A stretch of DNA of 35,456 nucleotides from Vicugna vicugna (Eukaryota). This document shows positions 12,103 through 22,071 of this stretch, one piece after another. The stretch spans positions 1-35,456 of the forward strand of contig MU058043.1 in NCBI GenBank assembly GCA_013265495.1, read 5' to 3'. Below the pieces are notes generated by a model, which was not told the origin of the DNA, did not search any database, and saw only the letters and a list, made by a program, of their open reading frames with translations. Numbering within the stretch: position 1 is the stretch's first letter; each line of letters opens with the position of its first letter. The position numbers were made by a program, and so were the translations under genes.

Positions 12103-12290
12103 AGAGTAGGTGAATATATTTCAATACATGTAACTGATAAAGTTCATATATTCAGACTATACAAAATCTGCAAGTTAAAAACAAATTCAGACAAAGAAAC
12201 AAATGGACAAGAGGTCTGAACATACTATTAAAAACCAAAAAAATTCAAAGGGCAATGCACACACGCACATGTATTTAAAATGTCTTAATA

Positions 12291-12507
12291 TTAGACTGGG
12301 ATTTCAAAATTGTAGAATAGATAAACAAGATTACACTGTATAGCACAGGGAAATATACACAAAATGTTATGATAAATCACAGAGAAAAAATGTGACAATG
12401 AGTGTGTATATGTCCATGAATGACTGAAAAATTGTGCTGAACACTGGAATTTGACACAACATTGTAAAATGATTATGAATCAATAAAAAATGTAAAAAAA
12501 AAAAAAA
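12291..12507 (+). mobile_element. Young L1 3' terminus with poly(A), camelid-like
   Basis: 'ttagactgggatttcaaaattgtagaatagataaacaagatt...acactggaatttgacacaacattgtaaaatga', then AATAAA and an A-tail. Lineage assignment is from memory. Confidence 0.8.
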
Positions 12508-12734
12508 GAAGCCATGAAAATACAAATTTAACCATGGGTATCATTACACACACTCTAGAATGCCTGAAATGAAAAAGACATAGCATACATACAGTTGGCA
12601 AGGACGTGAGGCAAAAAGATTTCTTATATGTCCCTGACAGAAGTATGAACCATGACAACCACTCTGAAGACCAATTTTCTATTATCCATCAATCTGTCCG
12701 TATACCAATGCTATGATAGTCGTTCTACCCCTAG

Positions 12735-13315
12735 TTTTTAAATTTCAAGTCCAATTTCTGTTTTCTCTTGTGTTGTCTGTGCTTTTGGTATAATATACAA
12801 AAACGTATCACCAAAGCCAATGTCAAAAAGCTTCTCCCCTATGTTTCCTTCTAAGATTTTTAACAGGTCTGTGTGTGTGAGTGAATGTGTGTGTGTGTGT
12901 AAAATCTTTGTTGTTTTTAACTTATAAAGTTATATCATCTGCAAAAAGAGGTAATTTTTCTTCATTCTTTCCTATTTGGATATCTTCTATTTCTTTTCTT
13001 TTCCCTAAATTACTCTGACCATAACATCCAATACTTTGTTGATTAGAAGTGGTGAAAGAAGGTATCCTTGTCTCCTTCCTGATCTTGAAAGGAAAGTTTT
13101 CAGTCTTTCACTACTCACTATGAAATTAGCTATCAATTTTTCATATATGACCTTTATTATTTTGAGCTAGTTTTCTTTCATTTCTAGTTTGTTGAATGTT
13201 TTTGTCATGAAAATGTGTTGAGTCAAATGGTTTTTCTGCATGAATTGAAATGATCATGTTTTTTTCTTTATTTAGTTAATGTAGCATATTAATTAGATTG
13301 ACTGATTTTCAAAGT
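12735..13315 (-). mobile_element. L1 ORF2 fragments, antisense
   Basis: T-rich antisense L1 segments: 'ccaaagccaatgtcaaaaagcttctcccctatgtttccttctaag', 'tatccttgtctccttcctgatcttg', 'tttttctgcatgaattgaaatgatcatg'. Confidence 0.8.
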
Positions 13316-13479
13316 TGGACCCATTCCAGATACTTCTATAGCTCAATCCCTTGCTCATTTCCATCTGTTTTTGAATGCCATCAGTCAGTAACGTCTACTG
13401 TGACCATTCTATTTAATATCGCATTCATTCAATTCTGCCACTCTCACTTGCCCTGACATATTCATTTTTACTGTTTCCT

Positions 13480-14230
13480 GTGATGGAGATCTGCTAGAAA
13501 TGGACTCCTGTAGTTTTTACTTATGTTAAAATGCTTTAATTTCATCTCCATGTTTGTTGGTAGTTTCACAGAATATAAAAATCTTGATTAAACATTTGAG
13601 TTTTTTCTTTCAGGATTTTGAGTAAGTACCTCTGCTGCCTGCTGGCCTCCATTCGGATGAGAAATCAGCTAATCTTGCTGTTTCCAAAATATAATGTGTC
13701 CTTTCTCTATTATTTCTTTTAAGATTCTGTCTTTAACTTTGTCTTTCAGCCATTTGCTATAATGAGTCTAGATGTGGTTCCTTTTGTGCTTATAGTATTT
13801 GATGTTCACTGAGCTTCTTTGGTATATAAAGTAATATTTTAAACCCAATTTGGAAAATTTTGGCCATTATTTCTTCAAATATTTTTTCTGCCCCTTTGGT
13901 CTCTTCTCTAGTTTTTCATTTATACATATTTTTAAATGCTTGATATTTCTCATCAATATTTCTATCAAGATTTTTTCACACTATTCCTTGCGTTACATAA
14001 TTTTTATTTATAAATCCTCAAATTCACTGATTCTTCTGCCAACTCAAATCTATTGTTGAGACCAACTAGTTAACTTCTCCTTTAAATCACTGTCATTTTT
14101 AGTTCTGGAATTAACATTTGGTCCCTTTTTTGTAGATTCTATTTCTCTTTTCATTTTTCCTAATTGTTGATTAACTGGCAACATATGTTGCTTTAATCAT
14201 TTGAACATATTTTCATTTAATTCCTTAAGC
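13480..14230 (-). mobile_element. Old L1 ORF1 region, antisense
   Basis: 'gctggcctccattcggatgagaaatcagct', 'tttggaaaattttggccattatttcttcaaatattttttctgcccc'. Confidence 0.75.
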
Positions 14231-15257
14231 ATAAGTCACACAAAAGTGTTTTTGCCATTTAGCAGTCATTTACACCAATACAAAGCCATAAAAAAAATCA
14301 AGGAGCATTTTTTTCCAGATTGCCTATGGTAGTTTTCAGTAGCAGAATTTTGAGGTATCAATTTTTGATTCTAGGAAAGTCTCTTTCTTAACTTAGTTCC
14401 ATAAACTGTAGGACTGGCAATATTATTTTTTATCAGCTATTTTTATTTCATCTTTGTTGTATGGGTTTTTCTGTTTAATCTTCCTTTGTGTTATGTATAA
14501 GAGCTACTCATTTACTCTAGTTTGCCGCAGATACTCAAATGACAGCGCAACGGAATCCTCTGTTCCAACTGTTGTCCAAAAATGGGAATCTGACCTACTC
14601 ATCAGCATTGCCTTTTGAATGCTGACCCTCTACTCATGTATTTTTTGTGGTGTATTCCCTAATTCTTCTGTTTTATTTAACAGTTTTCCCATCCACACAC
14701 ACACTGTTGTCTGTCAAGCCAGGAAGCATTCAGATTCTTCATTTAGAGCAATGTAATTTTACCTGTTCTTTCCCACCCTTGTTCATCACTCCTCACTTGG
14801 GCAGTCCTGGTGACAATATGACACTGCAATCTTCTTCTACCTCATCGGTGATCTGGTTGATTTCTTCTTGGAGAGGGGGGACAGACTTACCTTTCCAGAG
14901 CTCGTTTTCATGACCATATCATAAGGATGGGTGTGACTTGGTGTTGAAATTTGAGCCAGAACACCCATTTAATCCCAAAGTTTTGGTTATCTAAAATTCT
15001 TCATTTGGAAAAGCACTTACTATCTGTTTTCTGTAACCCGCTGGTAAAAATACAGGGATTCCTTTCTCAGTCGTTCAATGGACAGTTTTATACCTACACA
15101 ATGACAGGGACACTTTAAATGAATACACAGAGATTGAAAGATTATCAAGTCTAGAGATTTAGTTGCATCCAGGGAAAGGAAGTGATACACATAGAGAAAG
15201 AAAAACTTTTACATAAGTCGATGAGTATATGCACGGGGAGATAATGTGATAATTTAC

Positions 15258-16497
15258 AATTGAATTTCAACTAATGCTGCTTTTCATATGGAAAAAGTTT
15301 TAAATTGTTGGATCTAGAAATGTCTGGTTTCTCAGGAATAGTAGAAATGAATGGAGACGGTATTTCCACCAAGAATGAAACCTCTTTTTATCATTGAAAT
15401 GTTAGTTTTGTCCCTCTTCACCCTGAAGTTTTCAATATCAACTCTATTTGGGGAGCAGATCTTTTTCTCTCACATAGCTTATTTTCTTAACCAGAGAGTG
15501 ACAATATGTGGGCCTGGGATTGAATTTCTGTGTTAAAATGTTGGCTCTGAAATGCCACACTTGTCCGTAGACACACACTACCCTAACAGAACCGTGGAGC
15601 TTGCATATTTTTATCTGTTCCATGTTAGTGTAGTTTTTTTAGGACTGTGCAAATAAATGTCAGACGTGCCTAGGAAACCAGCCTCGTCCTGGTCAGTCAT
15701 TGATTCTGAGAAGGGTGAGGCCTCATGCAGGTGAATGCAGGTCAACTTCTGACAGTGCTTCGTGCCACCGCTTGGCATGGGACCAACAACACTAAGAATC
15801 AGGGAGAAATTTTCTTGTATTCCCTGACACTACCAGAAGCCTTAGAAATGCTAGAATCCTGAAAGCACACACATTAAAGGGACAGTGGCAACAAGGAAAA
15901 CTAAATCCAACCTGCTTGTCTGCCCAGTGCCCATCACCCTTGCTGCAAATCTCCTGCCCAGCTGGGGTCGTGACATCAGGGCACACTCTATGCTCCCTGT
16001 CCTTCATGAACTCTCTCTTAATTAAATCTCTAATGGAAGTATGGCGAGTCACTGAGTCAGTGGTCGCACTTGTATTGTTTTGAAAAGGAAGAGTGCGAGG
16101 AAAATATCCCATGAGTGAGGGTGGCTGTTTTTACATGGTAGGGTTTTAGTATTTTTATAAGTGCTGTATTTCATTGTCCTTACAACATGTGACTAGTAAG
16201 CAAAGACAATAGCATTCTTTGCCTTGGATTGAATCCATTCCGTCCATAAAGGTCATTTTTAACCAAGCACAAAATCTTACAAACAGGGATGATAAATACA
16301 TTAGCGACAACTCGATCTACAGGGGAGACGTGATCTAGAAGTAGTCTAGAAGACGACCCACTTGACCCAACTCTAGACTGGCCAGAGAAACCACGGTTCA
16401 TAAGAGTTGCCCTCCATTCAAAAAGAAATGATATAAAAATGCAGGTCATGTCCAGTGCAAACTGGAACCAGGCTGATATCGGTACTTCTTTTGCTCC
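15258..16497 (-). pseudogene. cGLR-like pseudo-exon (third catalytic strand and Mab-21 helical lobe)
   Basis: Acceptor tatttcag|GG. Phase-1 start gives (G)SKRSTDISLVPV. KMTFMDGMDSIQGKECYCLCLLVTCCKDNEIQHL at 16259-16158, PYHVKTA at 16143-16123, WADKQVG...ILAFLRLLVVSGNTRKFLP at 15926-15801. The 3' boundary (ATT|gtaaat) is tentative. Confidence 0.7.
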
Positions 16498-16968
16498 CTG
16501 AAATAGTGTTCATCAGGTCAGAAAGAGATGCAATAGGCTGAAGGTGATCTCAAGGTAGATTAAAGGTAACTGAACCCAAAGTCCACAAGCAGAACACTAG
16601 GAGCCATGGAGAGTTTTAGTATATAATAAACATTTTCATTGTATGGATGTGTGAGGAAGTGAATGCTTACATAGAAGAAGATGGGCAGCCCCTTCCAAGA
16701 CATCAGTGTCCATCCAGACTCCCAGATGTACTACATCAACTACCTGTCTTGATGTGAGGCTTTGAATGAGGTAAGAGTGAATTTTCTAGGTTGCTTTCTT
16801 AAACCAAGATGTTCAAAATCCAAGGAAAAAGTAGCAGCTTGTTTACATGGCAGGAGGCGCAGTCGCCACATGACAGGGCATGTGAGAGTAGCCAGACTCA
16901 ATGGACAGCTTCCTGGCTCTTCCTCGGTCTGTCTCTAGACATTAGGATCCGATGTGCAGTGGACAGCT

Positions 16969-17113
16969 TCACTATTGCAAGTGTGGCCCCCTGGCCAGCA
17001 GCCCAGTGAGAGCTGCAGCATCTTAGGGGCCACAGCAGACCCACCAGACCAGAACCTGCATTTGACCAGCCCCGCCAGGGATGCAGATCCACACTGAAGT
17101 TTGGAAAGCAGTG
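16969..17113 (+). mobile_element. MER5A1-like hAT-Charlie MITE
   Basis: 'aagtgtggccccTggccagcagc...cagacccaccagaccagaacctgcatttgaccag...cacactgaagtttggaaagcagtg' follows the MER5A1 consensus as I recall it. Confidence 0.7.
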
Positions 17114-17730
17114 GTTGATAGAGCAGGTTTGGCTGGCTTTCTGTCTGGAGGCCCCACACCTAAAGGTACTATGGAGCCCAGGCATATTGCCTTAGGAAGT
17201 CATCAAGTTTCATTATGTCACATTTCATTTTATAACATTTTCTGATTTTATTTATCTTTTCTCCAAAGTAACAGAACCTCCCGTTTCTTTATCCACAGGC
17301 CTTAATCTTTCAAAGGAGTTTGGCTTCATGCTACCATCTCAGGTAATGTCAACTTTCTATTATGGACACTATATGGAGCAATACGGGAAATGTCTTTAAA
17401 GTTCAGCCTCAGATTTGATTAAATTTTTTCTTTTTCTTTTCTTTTTTTTCTTTCTTCATCTTCTTTTTTTTTTGATGACAATTGTTAATTGAGTCGTTAG
17501 CAAACCAGTATTTTTTGTTTTATTTTGTTTTTTTTTTTTTCCACAGCAAGCAAGGAAGTCACCTAGAGCGTTATTTAGAAAAATGATATGTTATTAGAAC
17601 CACACAGAAGATGCCAGGGCTGGTGCCAGAAACCACAGAACAGACTGCATGCACAAGTCCAGGATGTGCACAGGTGTTCTACACCAGACCTAAGGATACA
17701 CGTCTCCATCTAGAAAAGTGGTCCTACCAC

Positions 17731-18006
17731 CTGAACAGTTCCCTGCATCCACTATATTGTAAAGGCTGGCAGAGTGGGGATCGTGAATCTATTTTATGAT
17801 AGTAGGAGGAGTTCAAAGGGAAGAGAGAATTAAAGCAACCTCCAGTCCATTCCTGATTGTCAAGCAGCCGCTCCCCACACGGAGATGTCTCTTCTGTGGT
17901 TTTCACAAGGAATACCAGAGGGGCCTTCTCCTCTGGGAACTAAATTGCTCCCATCCCATCACTGCGGTGGTTCCCATCAGGTTCCTGATCTCGAACCCTT
18001 TAGGAC
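17731..18006 (-). pseudogene. cGLR-like pseudo-exon (PxGF...W..F and PAFT strand)
   Basis: Acceptor tttatctttcag|GT. Phase-1 start gives (S)PKGFEIRNLMGTTAVMGWEQF. PAFTI at 17769-17755, a 1-nt frameshift, then IVDAGNCS. Donor CAG|gtggta (or 3 nt further, GTG|gtagga), phase 1. Confidence 0.65.
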
Positions 18007-18114
18007 CTGAAAGATAAACACAGCACATTGAATAACCTCAATCTAAACTAAGATTTGGGCGTAATAGGCTATTTTCAGCAATTTGCAAAGTCTCCTTTAT
18101 TTCCTAAAAGGAAG

Positions 18115-18665
18115 CCCTTTTCTCTTTGTCTTGCCTTATTGTTCTATCTAGGACTTCATTAACAAGCTGAATAGGGATGGTGACTGTGGGCACACTTTAT
18201 CTTTTTGCTCATCTTAGAGAAAAACGTTTCAATCTTTCCCTAATGAGTTTCATGTTGGCTGTAGGTTTGTAATATAAGACCTTTACTATGTTGAGGTGGG
18301 TTACTTTTTCACCAAGTTTTTTGAGTGTTTTTATCATGAACAAATGTTGTATTTTGTTGAAAGTGTTTTCTGCATCTAGTGAGATGATCATATGACTTTA
18401 TCTTTTATTCTATTAATGTGGCATAACACATTTACTGATTGGTGTACTTTGAATAAGCATTGAATCCCAGATATATATTCGACTTGATCATAATGTGTGA
18501 ATCTTTAATGTTTTGTTGAATTCAATATGCTAATTTAGGGGGGAGAATTTAAAAATCTGTTTTCATCTTGGATATTGTTCTTTTTAAATAGTGTCTTTAT
18601 ATGTCTTTAGTATCGGAGTTGTATTTACCTCTTAAAGTTAGTTTGGCAGTTTTTCTCTCCTGTTC
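18115..18665 (-). mobile_element. L1 ORF2 RT fragment
   Basis: ORF 18209..18391 MIISLDAENTFNKIQHLFMIKTLKKLG...YYKPTAN matches the L1 RT motif IDAEKAFDKIQHPFM. Confidence 0.9.
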
Positions 18666-18732
18666 ACATTTTAAAGGTTATTTAAAGTTACTGCAATCCC
18701 ATACAGTCTTAAGACAAAGAGAAGCACATTAA

Positions 18733-18819
18733 GATATATATATAGATATATATATACACATACATATATATATGTAATATAATTGAATAAGATATATATA
18801 ATTTAATTATATATATATA
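18733..18819. repeat. Degenerate (TA)n low-complexity tract
   Basis: Read directly. Confidence 0.8.
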
Positions 18820-19888
18820 AAATTGAAATGTCAAAAGTCAAAGATAAAGAGAGAATATTAAAAGTATCAAGGGAAAAACAGCAAATAATATACAAGAGAA
18901 CTCTCATAATACTATCAGCTGATTTTTGAGCAGAAACTCCGCAAGCCAGAAGGGAATGGCCTGATATGTTTAAAATGATGAAAAATCTTCAACTAAGAGC
19001 ACTCTATCCAGCAAGGTTCTCTTTCAGATTTAATGGAGAAATCAAAGGCTTTACTGACAGGCAAAAGCTAAAAAAATTCAGCACTACTAAACCAGCTTTA
19101 CAGTAAGGACTAAAGGAACTTCTCTAGGTGAAAAAGGAAAAGGCCACAACTAGAAACAAGAAAATTACAAAATAGAAAAACTCACTGGTAAAGGCAAACA
19201 TACAGTAAAGGTAGGAAATCATTCTCACACAAATTAGTAGGAAAGTTAAAGACAATAGTAAAGCCATCTGTATCCATAACAAGCAGTTAAGACATACAAA
19301 ACATAAATGTAAAATGTGATATCAAAAACAGTAATCAAGAGAGGAGGAGAGTACAAATACAGGGTATTTAAAATGCATTTGAAAACAAGAGATCAGCTAC
19401 TTAAAGCACTCACATATATACACAGAGTGTTATACCAAAATGTATGGTAGCTGCAAACCAAAAATCTGTAAAAGATGACACAAACAAAGAAGAAAAAGGA
19501 ATCCAAACATAACACCAAAGAGAGTCACCAAAAGAAAGAATAGAACAAAAGAAGAACAAGAAGAAAAAGACCTACTGAAACAAACCCAAAACAATTAATG
19601 AAATGGGAATAAGAACTTATATATTAATAATTACATTAAGTGTAAATGGACTAAATGGTCCAATCAAAAGACACATTGGCTGAATGAATACAAAAACAAA
19701 CCCTCTATATTTGCTGCCTATAAGAGATTCATTTCCGATCTAGAGATACACACAGACCAAGAGGGAGATGATGGTAAAAGGTATTCTATGCAAATGAAAA
19801 TCAAAGGAAAGCTAGAGACACAATATGTTTATCACACAAAATAGACTTTAAAATAAATACTGTTATAAGAGACAAGGACACTACAGAT
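18820..19888 (+). mobile_element. L1 ORF1 3' part, inter-ORF spacer and start of ORF2 endonuclease
   Basis: 'ctatcagctgatttttgagcagaaactccgcaagccagaagggaatggc', 'gtaaatggactaaatggtccaatcaaaagacac', 'cacacaaaatagactttaaaataaa'. Confidence 0.9.
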
Positions 19889-20589
19889 ACTGTCACCTCC
19901 TTTGTCAGAGATTAATTGACCACAAGTATATGGGTTTATTTCTGGGCTCTCATTGCTTTTCCTTTGATCTATATGTCTGTTCCTGTGCCAGTATCGTATT
20001 GCTTTGATGGCTGTAGCTTTGTAGTATATTCTCAAGTCAGGGATCATGATTCCTCCAGCTCTGTTCTTCTTTCTCAAGATTGTTTTGGCTATTTTTTGGG
20101 TCTTTTGTGTTTCCATACAGATTATAAAAGCATATATTCTAGCTGTGAAAAATGCCTTGGTATTTTGATGGGGATTGCATTGATTCTGTCAATTGCCTTG
20201 GGTTGTACAGTCATTTTAACAATATGGATGCTTCAAATCCAAGAACACACTATATCTTTCCATCTGTTTGTGTCATCTTCAATTTCTTTCATCAGTTTTT
20301 TCAGTTTTTGGAGTACAAGTCTTTTATCTCCTTATGTAGGTTAATTCCTAGGTACTTTGTTCTTTCTGATGTGATGGTAAATGAGATTGTTTCCTTAATT
20401 TAACCTGATATTTCTTTGTTAGTGTATAGAAATGCAACAGATTTCTGTAAATTGATTTTGTATCCTACAACTTTATTATACCCATTGATAAACTCTAGTA
20501 GTTTTCTGGTGGTGCCTTTAGGATTTTCTGTATATAATTTCATGTCATCCAGAAACAGTGAGAGTTTTAATCCTTTCTTTCCAATTTGG

Positions 20590-20627
<38 letters not shown>

Positions 20628-21482
20628 GTCTGATTGCTGTAGCTAAGACTTCCAAAACTATGGTGAATAAAAGTGGTCAGAGGGCATCTTTGTCACGTTC
20701 ATGATCTCAGAGGAAATATTTTCAGCTTTCCACTATTCAGTTTGATGCTAGTTGTGGATTTGTCATATACAGTTTTTAATTATGTTGAGGTGTATTCCCA
20801 TTATACCCACTTTCTGGAGAATTTTTTTTTTATCATAAGTGGATTTTGGTTTTTAATCAAAAGCTTCTTCTGCATCTATTGGTATGATCGGATGGTTTTT
20901 ATTGTTCAGTTGTTTAATGTGGTGTATCACACTGATTGATTTATGAATACTGAAAGATCCTTGCAGCCCTGGGATAAGTCCCATTTGATCACGAAGTATC
21001 ATCCTTTTAATGTATTGTTGGACTTGGTTTGCTAGTATTTTTTGAGGATTTTTGGATAGTGATCTGTAATTTTCTTTTTGTGTGATATCTGTGTGGTTTT
21101 GATGTCAGGGTGACGGTGGCCTCATAGAATGCATTTAGAATAGTTCCTTCCTCTGCAGTATTTTTTGGAATAGTTTCAGAAAGATAGGTGTTAACTCCTC
21201 TCCAAATGTTTGGTAGGATTCATTTGTGAAGCCATCTGGTCCTGGACTTTTGTTTGCTGGGAGTTTTTAAATTACAAATTAAATTTCAATCCTGGTAATT
21301 AGTCTGCTGTATTTTCTATTTCTTCCTTGTTCAGTCTTGGAAGATTGTACCTTTCTAAGAAATTGTCCATTTCTTCTAGATTGTCCATTTTATTGACATA
21401 CAATGTTTGTAGTAGTCTCTTACGATCCTTTTTATTTATGCATTATTGTTTGTAACTTCTCCTTTGTCATTTCTGATTTTAA
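19889..21482 (-). mobile_element. L1 ORF2 (RT region), inverted relative to the adjacent plus-strand part
   Basis: ORF 19832..20116 IAKTILRKKNRAGGIMIPDLRIYYKAT.IK...YWHRNRHIDQ and 'gtgaagccatctggtcctggacttt'. Contains a long poly-T tract at about 20594-20626. Confidence 0.92.
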
Positions 21483-21623
21483 TGAGTCAATGTTTTAGCC
21501 CTGGCTTGGTGACAACACTTTCTTCTAGAAATGAATCGTTTAAAATTCTTTTATTCCTAAACAATCATTTCAGTCTCTTAAAAAGTTGGAAGAAAACCAG
21601 AGAAGAAATATCTTTACTATTAC

Positions 21624-22071
21624 TTGTGTCCTATTGCTGAGTTTGGAAAGCCTTGAACATGCAGAAGCTGTCCTTTTCTCTTAATCTTTCAGCATTTATG
21701 TGGTCACATGATAACTTGCTGCTGATCCTTGTGTCCATAGGAACCCATGTCTTTATACCCCAATGCATTTATTATTTCTGTGCCATTTATCCTGTGTGGA
21801 TCTTGGCTACATGATCAGTAAATGATTCCCAGTTGTTGTTGGAAGTTTTGGCTGGTTGGGTCCCTGTCTCCTTCAGTGACTGTGTCGTTCATCTGTGCAG
21901 TTATTTACCTGGTATTGGAACTCCAGACCTAATTGTTGAACATTTAATACCCTAGGTTACCTTTCTGGATATGATTTCTGCTATCTTCATTAAATTCCTA
22001 CCATGAGACATGCCAATGATGGGAAGTAAGCCTGGGAATATTCTGAATTAAATCCATATATTACAACTTGC
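21624..22071 (-). pseudogene. cGLR-like pseudo-exon carrying the GS loop and first catalytic strand
   Basis: Acceptor ttttcacag|GC and donor CAA|gtaata. MGSY at 21748-21737, then a frameshift, then DTRISSKLSCDHI (second D at 21705-21703). Ends in phase 1. Confidence 0.65.

Larger units (their letters stand above)
10557..12675 (+). mobile_element. Old L1 ORF2 3' region, right arm of the host element, interrupted by two younger L1 inserts
   Basis: Continues the L1 register from 8769: 'aaattcaatgcaatctc', 'aaagttatggtaattaagac', 'aaacttttagaag', 'gttggcaaggacgtgaggcaa'. Confidence 0.75.

Noticed and set aside
13335..13420. Possible L2 fragment
   Set aside because: Similarity too weak to call by eye.
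16453..16470. WFQFAL in the frame of ORF 16180..16449, resembling ITPRIP WFQTAL
   Set aside because: An alternative reading of the exon start. The phase-1 frame that joins PAFT..IV to STDISLVPV fits both the splice phase and the motif order better. Only orthologues can settle it.
19916..21640. Hydrophobic plus-strand ORFs that look like membrane proteins
   Set aside because: Mostly antisense translations of L1 ORF2. The same applies to 3845-4165, 5222-5638, 7672-7998, 11888-12109 and 31926-32270.
21699..21716. SYHVTT in a third frame, resembling SYHVKT
   Set aside because: Out of order with the other motifs and flanked by stops. The better PYHVKTA lies at 16143-16123 with its expected upstream helix.
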